Positions 1-7,887 of a stretch of 32,000 bases of DNA are shown in pieces. The position numbers were made by a program, and so were the translations under genes. The notes beneath the pieces were generated by a model that had not been told where the DNA came from, ran no database searches, and saw only the letters and a program-made list of their open reading frames with translations. The stretch comes from Synechococcus sp. A15-24 (GTDB lineage: Bacteria > Cyanobacteriota > Cyanobacteriia > PCC-6307 > Cyanobiaceae). The DNA lies in NCBI RefSeq assembly GCF_014280195.1, contig NZ_CP047960.1, positions 240,001-272,000 of the forward strand, in the 5' to 3' direction. Numbering within the stretch: the stretch's first letter is position 1; the number at the start of each line of letters is the position of its first letter.

Positions 1-797
1 CAGCCTGGGGTTCGGCATCAACGTTCCGTGGATCCGATCGACGCGGTGGTGCCAATGGTGGCCGGATCCGTCTGCAACCCCAGAACAACTGGGAGGTGAA
101 TGATCCCGAGCAGCTGCGCACCGTGTTGACAGCGCTGGAGACGGTGCAGCGCGAGTTCAACGCGAAAGCCATCGGTGGTCAACAAGTGTCGATGGCGGAT
201 CTGATCGTGTTGGCTGGATCCGCTGCCGTTGAGCAAGCGGCCACTTCTGGTAGTCACACCGTGACGGTTCCGTTCATGCCCGGACGTATGGATGCATCCG
301 CAGATCAGACCGACACCGCCTCATTCAATTTGCTCAAGCCGATTGCCGATGGCTTTCGCAATTGGCAGCGCATCGGTCTGCCGCTTCGCGCGGAGGAGTG
401 CCTCGTGGACCGTGCTCAACAGCTCGGTTTGAGTACACCGGAGATGACGGTGCTGATTGCCGGCCTGCGGGTACTGGGCGCCAACACAGGCGGCAACCGC
501 CAGGGCGTATTGACCGATCGTATCGGCGTGTTGAGCAACGATTTCTGCGTGAATTTGCTCGATATGACTACTGTCTGGTCGCCGACCAGTGAGGCCATGG
601 AGGGTTATTCAGGCCGGGATGCCGGAGGCGCTGAACGATGGACCGCGAGCCGTGCTGATCTCGTGTTCGGCTCCAATAGCCAGCTGCGAGCCATCGTTGA
701 GGTGTATGCCCAGGACGATGGTGGCAGTCGTTTTGTGGCCGATTTTGTTCAGGCCTGGGTGAAGGTGATGAACCTCGACCGCTTTGATCTGAGCTGA
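1..797 (+). CDS. katG: Catalase-peroxidase KatG, C-terminal part (5' end lies upstream of the window)
   Basis: The frame of ORF 96..797 stays open to the window edge (from nt 3: [33 protein letters not shown]...). The tail ...[23 protein letters not shown] matches the conserved KatG C-terminus. TGA at 795-797. Confidence 0.9.
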   Translation, partial: AWGSASTFRGSDRRGGANGGRIRLQPQNNWEVNDPEQLRTVLTALETVQREFNAKAIGGQQVSMADLIVLAGSAAVEQAATSGSHTVTVPFMPGRMDASADQTDTASFNLLKPIADGFRNWQRIGLPLRAEECLVDRAQQLGLSTPEMTVLIAGLRVLGANTGGNRQGVLTDRIGVLSNDFCVNLLDMTTVWSPTSEAMEGYSGRDAGGAERWTASRADLVFGSNSQLRAIVEVYAQDDGGSRFVADFVQAWVKVMNLDRFDLS

Positions 798-858
798 GTT
801 CGCCCCAGCACTTGGGTTCGATTGAGGAGGGGCACACCTTCGTCTCCCTCCCGATCAC

Positions 859-1704
859 TCAGTGCACCGAACACCATCGACTAGCGGTCGGCCAGAGCTG
901 GTTGAGGTCAAGTTCCGGGCAATGGAGCTGCACGGCCGCCAGGGTCGCCTCTTGCCATTGCCCCAGCTGCTTCAGCAGCTCCTCTGGCAGGTCCGTGTCG
1001 GTGCGGCTCACATTCACCCGTTGTTCCCACTGCGGTTCCTGGTACCGCACCCCGAGGAACCGGCAGAGCTCAGCCCAGCAGTCCCGATGGAACAGCTGCT
1101 CGTAAGTGCCGATGAAGCACTGCTTCAGGCCGAAGCTGTCCTGAAGGACCGTGAGGGTGTGGCCGTAGTCACTGCGCAGATTGATCCGTTCGGGGCGCTC
1201 GCGGCAGAGATCGCGCAGGGCCTGGATTTCGCCGGCGCTGTCCTGCAGCCCCTGCTTGCGCCGTTGCATGCGCAGGCTGGAGACGATGCGCTCGATCGGG
1301 TCCCGCATCAGGAACACCGGTCGCAGTGGAACCCCCTGGTCTTCGAAGCCAGTGCGAATGGTGAGCAGGGTGGCGGCGCTGAGCCCGCAGTAGGAGGGTG
1401 TGATGTCCCCGGTGAGTTGGATTCCCGGACGCCGCAGCAGCCTGGCGAAGTAGGCGTAATACCGCTCGGGGCGTTCTAGGAAACGCTGGCGACGCCATGT
1501 ACGGGGTTTCAACAAAGACCGTCGGCTGCGGCCGCTGAAGCCTGCGGCCGGCAGGGTGAGCGCGTCATGGATGTGGTACTCCTTCAAGAAGCCGAAATCA
1601 GCGTCCCGGCGTTGGTTCAGCTGAGCGTGCAGCCAGGACGTGCCAGCCTTCTGGGCCCCGAGCCCCAGCAGGAACACGCCAGGGGCGTCAGTCGTTGCGG
1701 TCAC
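859..1704 (-). CDS. PAPS-type sulfotransferase family protein
   Basis: N-terminal GAQKAGTSWLHAQL resembles the 5'-PSB loop (xKxGTT/SWL). LMRDPIERIVSSL resembles the 3'-PB motif (RxPxxRxxS). GTG start at 1704 overlaps the kdsC stop by 17 nt. An alternative GTG at 1677 gives MFLLGLGAQKAGTS. Confidence 0.7.
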   Translation of the reverse strand: MTATTDAPGVFLLGLGAQKAGTSWLHAQLNQRRDADFGFLKEYHIHDALTLPAAGFSGRSRRSLLKPRTWRRQRFLERPERYYAYFARLLRRPGIQLTGDITPSYCGLSAATLLTIRTGFEDQGVPLRPVFLMRDPIERIVSSLRMQRRKQGLQDSAGEIQALRDLCRERPERINLRSDYGHTLTVLQDSFGLKQCFIGTYEQLFHRDCWAELCRFLGVRYQEPQWEQRVNVSRTDTDLPEELLKQLGQWQEATLAAVQLHCPELDLNQLWPTASRWCSVH

Positions 1705-2254
1705 GCCAACCCCTCCGGCTCAAGCTGCGCCAGCCATCGCGAGCTTGAAGGATCCGTTCCGCTAGCTCCCGTACGGCCCCATGACCGCCGCGGCGCGCGA
1801 GCACCAGGTCGGCGCCCCGGCGCACGGGAGCGCAGGCATCGGCGGGCGCCAGAAGCAGACCCACCACTGGTCGCACGGCCAGATCATTGAGATCGTCGCC
1901 GACAAAAACGGTCTGCGAAACGGTCACCCCCACCTGCTGCTGCAGGGTCTGCAGGGCAGCGGGTTTGTCCTTGATGCCCACCAGGCAGTGTTGGATGCCC
2001 AGTTGGCGGGCCCGTACTTCGGTCGCGCCCCCACGGCCACCGCTGAGAAAGGCAATCTGCACCCCTGCCTGCTGCAGCAGACGGATGCCCAGACCGTCCC
2101 GCACGTCGAAGCGTTTGATCAGTTGCCCGTCGGCATCGAACCAGAGCCCACCATCGGTGAGCACACCATCCACATCCAGCACCAGCAGCTGCAGCTGGTT
2201 CAGCTGGCGGCGCAGTCTCCACCAGCCCAGCTGGTTCCAGCCCGGCAGCCTCAT
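1688..2254 (-). CDS. kdsC: HAD-IIIA phosphatase, 3-deoxy-D-manno-octulosonate-8-phosphate phosphatase (KdsC-like)
   Basis: LLVLDVDGVLTDGGLWFDADGQ..KRFDVRDGLGI...FVGDDLNDL is the KdsC/YrbI HAD signature. ATG at 2254 overlaps the kdsD stop (ATGA at 2251-2254). Confidence 0.85.
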   Translation of the reverse strand: MRLPGWNQLGWWRLRRQLNQLQLLVLDVDGVLTDGGLWFDADGQLIKRFDVRDGLGIRLLQQAGVQIAFLSGGRGGATEVRARQLGIQHCLVGIKDKPAALQTLQQQVGVTVSQTVFVGDDLNDLAVRPVVGLLLAPADACAPVRRGADLVLARRGGHGAVRELAERILQARDGWRSLSRRGWRDRND

Positions 2255-3270
2255 GCCAGCCCTGCCTGCACCAGATCGTGGAGCCGCAGCAGCCCCAGCA
2301 ACCGTTTCTGCTCCCCCACCACAGGCAGCACCGAGATCGGTTTGCGGCGGTTGTGTTCCATCCGTTCCAAGGCCTTCACCACCAGCACATCACCGTTCAC
2401 GGTGATCGGGTCCCTGGTCATCAGATCGGCTGCCGTCAGGCTGCTCCAGCTGTCGGCACTGTGGTCCTGCAGTGCTCGGCGCAGATCGCCGTCGGTGAGC
2501 AGTCCCACCAGGGAGCCTGGCTGCTCCGGGTGCTCCACCCAGCCACTGCCGATGCCGTCGCGGGTCAGACCGCCGATTACTTCAGGCAGGGGGGTCTGAG
2601 GGTGCATGGGATGCAGCTTGCTCACCGGCACCATCAGGTCGGCTGCCGTCAGCGTGAGTTGTTTGCCCAATGATCCCGCCGGATGATTGAGGGCGAAATC
2701 AGCGGGCGAGATGCCGCGCCGTTCCATCCACACGGCTGCCAGGGCATCGCCGATGGCCATCGCCACCGCAGTGCTGGCGGTGGGAGCGAGATTGAGAGGG
2801 CAAACCTCCCGGTCCACCCCGGCTTCCAGCACCACATCGCTGCCGCGGGCAAGGGAGGACTCGGCCCGGCCGACGATGGCGATCCGGCCCGTGCCGCGCC
2901 GTTTGAGGTGGGGCAGCACCTCCAGCAGTTCTGCGGTTTCGCCGCTGTTGGAGAGCAGCAGACAGACGTCTTCTGGGGCCACCACCCCCAGATCCCCGTG
3001 CAGGGCGTCCAAGGGGTTGAGGAACAGGGCCATCAGGCCGATGGAGGAAAACGTGGCGGCGATCTTGCGAGCCACGATGCCGCTTTTGCCAACACCGGTG
3101 ATCACCAGCTTGGCCTTGCGGTCGGCACAGCGCTCCAGCAGCCCTAGGGCTGCTTCCACTTGATCACTGCTGAGCCGTTCCGCCGCTGCAGCGATGGCGG
3201 AGGCTTCCTCCTGCAAACAGCGAGTGAGAGCGGACAACGCCGAGATCCGTGATGATCTGACCATTGTCAT
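2251..3270 (-). CDS. kdsD: Arabinose-5-phosphate isomerase (KdsD/KpsF family; SIS domain plus tandem CBS domains)
   Basis: The SIS motif KLVITGVGKSGIVARKIAATFSSIGL...LLLSNSGET is followed by two CBS-like repeats (...LMVPVSKL..., ...LMTRDPITV...VLPVV...LLGLLRLHDL). Confidence 0.88.
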   Translation of the reverse strand: MTMVRSSRISALSALTRCLQEEASAIAAAAERLSSDQVEAALGLLERCADRKAKLVITGVGKSGIVARKIAATFSSIGLMALFLNPLDALHGDLGVVAPEDVCLLLSNSGETAELLEVLPHLKRRGTGRIAIVGRAESSLARGSDVVLEAGVDREVCPLNLAPTASTAVAMAIGDALAAVWMERRGISPADFALNHPAGSLGKQLTLTAADLMVPVSKLHPMHPQTPLPEVIGGLTRDGIGSGWVEHPEQPGSLVGLLTDGDLRRALQDHSADSWSSLTAADLMTRDPITVNGDVLVVKALERMEHNRRKPISVLPVVGEQKRLLGLLRLHDLVQAGLA

Positions 3271-3282
3271 GCACGCCCCGCA

Positions 3283-4494
3283 ATGGATCTGCCGGCTGTG
3301 CCGTCAGCCCTGCTGGATGCCCTTAAGGCGGCAGCCACTGAAGCCGGTGTGCCGCGACTGGCGCTGGTGGGGGGTGTGGTGAGGGATCTGTTGCTGCATC
3401 AACGCCATGGCCGTCCCTGGACTGGCGTTCCCGATCTGGATTGGGTGGTGGAGGGCAGCGCCGCCCATCTGGCGGACGTCCTGCAAGAGCGTTGCGGGAC
3501 TGAACGGTTGAGCGGTGTTCAGCATCACGGTCAGTTCGGCACGGTGGCCCTGAACCTCGATGGTGTGCCCCTCGATCTGGCCACGGCGCGACATGAGCAC
3601 TATCCGGGGCCAGCACAGAACCCCGTGGTGCAGCCGGGGTCGTTGGCGGCGGATCTGGTGCGGCGTGATCTGACGATCAATGCCATGGCTCTGGACCTGA
3701 TTTCCGGGGAGTTGATCGATCCCCACGGCGGCCAGAGCGATCTGGCCGCAGGCCGCCTGCAGTTTCTGCATCCCGGCAGCATCAGCGATGACCCCACCCG
3801 GGTGATCCGGGCTGCGCGCTACGGCGCCCGGCTGGGGATGGCCCTGGGTGCCGAGGGGCTTGAACAGGTGGGTGCGACCGTCGCGGCGTGGCCCTGGAGC
3901 TGGCAAGTGGGGGATGCGCCGGAGACGGCACCGCCGGCCCTGGCCACCAGGTTGCGGATGGAGCTGGAGCGGCTGCTGGACCATGAACCGTGGCCCATCG
4001 CTTTGGACCTGCTGGAGTCCTGGCATGCAATGGCTCTGGTGGATCCCTGCTTGCAGCGTGATCCCGAACGAACCCGACGTCTGCGTTGGGGGCAACGCCT
4101 CGGGCTGCCACTGATGACGGCGCTGTTGGCGGCTGCGGCTGATCCTTGGGCTGTGGCGCGCCGCCTGCAGATTCCCGGCCAGCAGCAGCAGTGGTTGGAA
4201 CGGCTGCCATCGCTGCAGGGCTGGTTGGCGTCGCATCCACTGCCCGTCCAGGCATCCCCAGATGCCTGGACGACAGCGCTGGAGCGCGGTGGTTGGCCGC
4301 CGCAGACGGTGGCGCTGATGGTGACGCTGCGGCCTGCGGCGTGGAGGCCACTGCTGCGTTGGTGGGGCCGCTGGCGGCATATTCAGTCGCCCCAGAATGC
4401 GCGCCAGTTGATCGCCGAGGGATGGCAACCGGGCCCAGGTCTGGGTGAGGAATTGCGCCGCCGTCGCGGCGTGCTGCTGGATCAGGGGCGATGA
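3283..4494 (+). CDS. tRNA nucleotidyltransferase / poly(A) polymerase family protein (CCA-adding-enzyme-like, no HD domain seen)
   Basis: Head-domain motif LALVGGVVRDLLL...PDLDWVVEG (GGxVRD...DxD) and RDLTINAMA. TGA at 4492-4494 overlaps the next gene's ATG. Confidence 0.7.
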   Translation: MDLPAVPSALLDALKAAATEAGVPRLALVGGVVRDLLLHQRHGRPWTGVPDLDWVVEGSAAHLADVLQERCGTERLSGVQHHGQFGTVALNLDGVPLDLATARHEHYPGPAQNPVVQPGSLAADLVRRDLTINAMALDLISGELIDPHGGQSDLAAGRLQFLHPGSISDDPTRVIRAARYGARLGMALGAEGLEQVGATVAAWPWSWQVGDAPETAPPALATRLRMELERLLDHEPWPIALDLLESWHAMALVDPCLQRDPERTRRLRWGQRLGLPLMTALLAAAADPWAVARRLQIPGQQQQWLERLPSLQGWLASHPLPVQASPDAWTTALERGGWPPQTVALMVTLRPAAWRPLLRWWGRWRHIQSPQNARQLIAEGWQPGPGLGEELRRRRGVLLDQGR

Positions 4495-5918
4495 GACGAA
4501 CGGCTCAGCTCTGGACCCTTATGGCTGCGCTGGTGGCGGCGGCCTTCGCTCTGCGGACCCTGGTGTTGATCGATGCCACCGCCCTGTGGAGCGATGAGCT
4601 CTACAGCGTGGGTAAAAGCTTCCAGCCAAGCCCGCTGGAGCTGTTGGGAATGCTGCGGCAGGACACCCATCCACCCTTTTATTACGGCCTGCTCTGGGTC
4701 TGGGGGCAACTGGTGGGGCAAAGCCCCGTCAGTCTGCGGTTGCTCTCCTGGTTGGCCTATCTGGCAGGGGGTGCCGTGATGGTGGCCCAGGCGCTGGCCC
4801 TCAGTGATGGTCGGCAGCGGGTGCTGCCCCTGGCGCTTCTGCTGGCGTTCTGCAGTCCCTACCCCGTGCGCTTCGCCATCGAGGGGAAAAGCTATGCGCT
4901 GCTGGTGCTGCTGGTGGCGCTGGCCTGGTGGTGGCGTCGTGCCGAACGATCTGTGGCCTATGGAGTGGTGGCGGCGCTGGCGGGCCTCACTCACTTCTAC
5001 GGTCTGTTTCTGGTGCTTTCGGCAGCCGCCTGGGATGGGGCAAGGCGGCGCTGGCGTCTGGCGGGAGCTGCCGTGCTGGGGGCCATCCCAGCTTTGGGAT
5101 GGATCATTTATTCCGCGGATTATCTGTTCAGTTCCCGCTCCGGCAGCTGGATCGGCCCACCGGACTTCGCCCTGCTGGAGGAGTCCCTGGCTCGGGCTCT
5201 GGGGCTCTGGCCCCTTCCCAAGCTGCTGTTGCTGTTGGTGCTCTTCGGGGGGCTGCAGCGTTGGGGCGGGATGCAACCGCTGCCATGGCGACGGAACCGT
5301 TTGCTGGATCGCAGTGCGCTGTTGCCCTCTGCTGTGATGGTGCTGGCTGTGGTGTTGGTCTCCTTTGTTAAGCCGCTGGCCTTCAGTCGCTATTTCGTGG
5401 TGCTGTTGCCGTCGGTGCTGCCGCTGCTGTGTGTGCTGCTGACCGCCTCACCACTCCATCGCTGGGGGCAACGTGTGGTGCTGGGGGTGTTGGTGCTGCT
5501 GCTGATCAGTTGGTGGGGGCTAGGTTTTTCGGAGCTGGATCCCGCAGCCGGCGGGGTGCGTGAACAGGACCAGTTCCGTGCGATCAGCCAGCGCACCAGC
5601 GGACAGAGGGAGCGCTACAGCCCCCGGGCCCGCCTGTTCAACCTCAGTGATCAGATGGAGTTCTCCATGGGACGCATCACTGCTCCACAGCTGCCCTGGG
5701 GCGATCGCGATGAACTGCGGGAACGGCTGTTGCGTTCACCGCTGCCGGATGAGCTTTGGCTGGCCAGCAGCGGGCCTCCGCAGAAGCTGAATCGCAAACT
5801 CAAGCCGCTGCAGCAGCAGGCCGAAGCCGCTGGATATGCCTGTGCCGACCGTTCTGAAGGCCTCAGCCATGGTCGGCTGTTGCGTTGCCGATCGGGATCC
5901 AGGGGCCCTCGGCTGTGA
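4491..5918 (+). CDS. Polytopic membrane glycosyltransferase, GT39/GT83 (ArnT/PMT-like) family
   Basis: Many hydrophobic helices. The first-loop motif WSDELYSVGKS...DTHPPFYYGLLW is typical of ArnT/PMT_2 proteins. There is a soluble tail of about 110 aa. ATG at 4491 lies in an ATGA overlap with the upstream gene. Confidence 0.65.
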   Translation: MRRTAQLWTLMAALVAAAFALRTLVLIDATALWSDELYSVGKSFQPSPLELLGMLRQDTHPPFYYGLLWVWGQLVGQSPVSLRLLSWLAYLAGGAVMVAQALALSDGRQRVLPLALLLAFCSPYPVRFAIEGKSYALLVLLVALAWWWRRAERSVAYGVVAALAGLTHFYGLFLVLSAAAWDGARRRWRLAGAAVLGAIPALGWIIYSADYLFSSRSGSWIGPPDFALLEESLARALGLWPLPKLLLLLVLFGGLQRWGGMQPLPWRRNRLLDRSALLPSAVMVLAVVLVSFVKPLAFSRYFVVLLPSVLPLLCVLLTASPLHRWGQRVVLGVLVLLLISWWGLGFSELDPAAGGVREQDQFRAISQRTSGQRERYSPRARLFNLSDQMEFSMGRITAPQLPWGDRDELRERLLRSPLPDELWLASSGPPQKLNRKLKPLQQQAEAAGYACADRSEGLSHGRLLRCRSGSRGPRL

Positions 5919-7887
5919 GGGTCTGCGCTGTGGTTTCTGGACAGGCCAGCAGCAAGGGACCGCAGGTCTGGGGATCAACCAGCAGCTCAAGCAGTGCCTG
6001 TGAGGGTTCCTCATCCAGTTGGATGGGCCCATCCAGCCACTGCCAGCTGCGGCGGTTGGCCGGCGCCAGGCTGCTGGCGTAGCCCTGAGCCAATCGATCC
6101 ATGGCCTCGGGGTATGCCGGAATGCATTTGGCCCAAAGGGTGACTCGCAGGGGGGAGCTGCTCGCCAGCATTTCCCCCAGATGCCCGAGCAGACCGAAGC
6201 CGGTGACATCGGTGCAGGCGTGAATCGCCTGGCGATGGGGCTCCAGTTGATCCAGCAATCGGTGCTGACTGCGGCACATGTGCTGGAGCACGGTGTCCAA
6301 AGCTTCGGGTTGGCAGGCACCCGCCATCGCAGCAGCGAACAACACGCCGGTGCCCAGGGGGCGACTCAACAGCAGCACATCACCGTGGGCGATTCCCCCC
6401 TTGTTCCAGGGGGAAGCGCTGCGACCGTTGACGCAGAGGCTCAGCTGCACCCCAAGGCTGGGGCTGTGCGGGGGTTCACTGCGGGATTCCAGAGTGTGAC
6501 CTCCGATCAGCTGCGCCTGCTGTTCCTGCAGCACCGATCGCACACCGCACAGCGTCTGCACCAGCAGTTCCTGCTGCTCCGCCGCCTCCAGCACGGGCAG
6601 GGTCACGATCGCTTGCGCGCTGTCGACCCTTGCACCGCTGGCCCAGAGATCGGAGCAGGCATGGAGGGTGGTGAGTCGAGCGTTCAGCCAGGGGTCGCTG
6701 ACCAGTGCTGGGAACCCATCCACGCTCTGCAGCAGCGGCGGATCGCCCTCGATGCGTGCCGCATCCTCCGGCGGCCCGCTGAGCCCGGCCTGGTCCAGGG
6801 CGGCTTCGAGGGGCTGGGCCGGCAGCTTGGCCGCGCACCCCCGACACGCCATCGGTGCTGATGACGTCATTGGTTCGCTGCTGCGGAACCCCGCCATGAA
6901 GCGTCGGTCGATCCGTCGCTTCCACTGCCAGAGCCATCTGGAGGGCCCCAGCTGCCAACGTCCCCGGCGTGCCCAGGCCCGGCCCTGCTGATCGCCGATC
7001 AGCTGCAGTGCTTCGCGCTGCGGCCGCCAGGGGCGCAGCGGGCGATCCAGGCAACTGGCTTCCAGGTTCCGTGCCAGGGGGATGGCGGCTCTCACGGCCC
7101 AGACGCCGGAGGCCGGCCTGGGAGCTGCAGCCATAACGGCGCAGTCACCGCTGGCGAAGACATGCTCGCTGCCTTCCACTTGCATCTGGGCATTGGTGCG
7201 CAGGCGGCCATCGCCATCCACCGGCAGATCGCTGGCTGCCAGCCAGTGGGGGGCGCGACTGCCGGTGCAAAGCAGCCGGGGGCCAGCCAAGGCCTCGGGG
7301 GTCGTGACCAGGTCGATCGATGCCGCCGAAAGGATCCGCCGCTCCAGGGGACCTGGACCGTTTGAACGGGTTTGAAGCTGCAACGGGCGGTGAGGCCAGC
7401 GGCGCCGCAGCGCCAGCACCACCTCCATGGCAGCGGCGCCAGCCCCGACCACCGTGAAGGGGGTTGTGCTGTTGGGATCCTCGGAGGCGATGAAGGCCAG
7501 GGCCGGCTCCAGTGGCTTGATCGCGATGCCTTCAGCGCTTGGCCTGCTGATGGCACCGACATCGAGGCTGAGCAGACCGAAGTGGAGGGGCGGGCGTTCT
7601 GCGAGCAACAGACAGCGCTGGGCGGGGTCCAGGCCGGTGATCTCCGCCTGCACGAAGGCCACACCGGCGCGATCGCAGAGGGAGCGCAGATCGATGGCGG
7701 CTTCCTCCGGTGGGTCGATCCCGGCGATCAGGGCGGGAACCATGCCCGAATACAGCGCTGTACTGCAGCGGTTGATCAGCAGCACAGAACGGGCCGGCCG
7801 TCGGGTTGGATCCATGGCCCAGCGTTTGAGGATCAGCGCGTGGCTGTGGCCTCCGCCGGCCAGCAGCAGTGGCCCGGCAGGACTCAT
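5863..7887 (-). CDS. selD: Fusion protein: FAD/NAD(P) pyridine-nucleotide-disulfide-oxidoreductase-like domain plus selenide,water dikinase (SelD)
   Basis: N-terminus MSPAGPLLLAGGGHSH (Rossmann fold). The middle CRGCAAKL aligns with the SelD GxGC(G/A)xK active-site loop, so this is the Cys type. The C-terminal half has the PurM-like fold motifs (DSAQAIVTLP, HACTDVTGFGLLGHL). Start chosen at ATG 7887 (ATGA overlap with the galE stop) rather than ORF-track ATG 7944. Confidence 0.85.
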   Translation of the reverse strand: MSPAGPLLLAGGGHSHALILKRWAMDPTRRPARSVLLINRCSTALYSGMVPALIAGIDPPEEAAIDLRSLCDRAGVAFVQAEITGLDPAQRCLLLAERPPLHFGLLSLDVGAISRPSAEGIAIKPLEPALAFIASEDPNSTTPFTVVGAGAAAMEVVLALRRRWPHRPLQLQTRSNGPGPLERRILSAASIDLVTTPEALAGPRLLCTGSRAPHWLAASDLPVDGDGRLRTNAQMQVEGSEHVFASGDCAVMAAAPRPASGVWAVRAAIPLARNLEASCLDRPLRPWRPQREALQLIGDQQGRAWARRGRWQLGPSRWLWQWKRRIDRRFMAGFRSSEPMTSSAPMACRGCAAKLPAQPLEAALDQAGLSGPPEDAARIEGDPPLLQSVDGFPALVSDPWLNARLTTLHACSDLWASGARVDSAQAIVTLPVLEAAEQQELLVQTLCGVRSVLQEQQAQLIGGHTLESRSEPPHSPSLGVQLSLCVNGRSASPWNKGGIAHGDVLLLSRPLGTGVLFAAAMAGACQPEALDTVLQHMCRSQHRLLDQLEPHRQAIHACTDVTGFGLLGHLGEMLASSSPLRVTLWAKCIPAYPEAMDRLAQGYASSLAPANRRSWQWLDGPIQLDEEPSQALLELLVDPQTCGPLLLACPETTAQTLTAEGPWIPIGNATADHG

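Noticed and set aside
815-823. GGTTCGATT, and GGTTCGA at 8984-8990, resembling a tRNA T-loop
   Set aside because: No flanking T-stem, acceptor stem or anticodon arm can be folded around either site, and the intergenic spaces are too short or unstructured for a tRNA.
826-851. Weak hairpin (GGAGGG ... CCCTCC, 14-nt loop) between katG and the sulfotransferase gene
   Set aside because: It has only 6 bp plus a wobble, a large loop and no U-tract on either strand. That is not enough to call a terminator.
3304-4428. 374-aa ORF antisense to the CCA-family gene, with nested ORFs at 3323..3616, 3600..3797 and 3782..4351
   Set aside because: The translation is low-complexity and rich in Arg, Pro, Gln, Gly and His, with no recognisable motif. 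It lies fully inside a motif-supported gene on the other strand. Stop-poor antisense frames are expected at about 67% GC.
5701-5708. HIP1 octamer GCGATCGC, found four times (5701, 7669, 20882, 24415)
   Set aside because: This is only mildly above a rough composition-based expectation of about one per 32 kb. All four lie inside coding sequence, there is no array or regular spacing, and my by-eye search may be incomplete.
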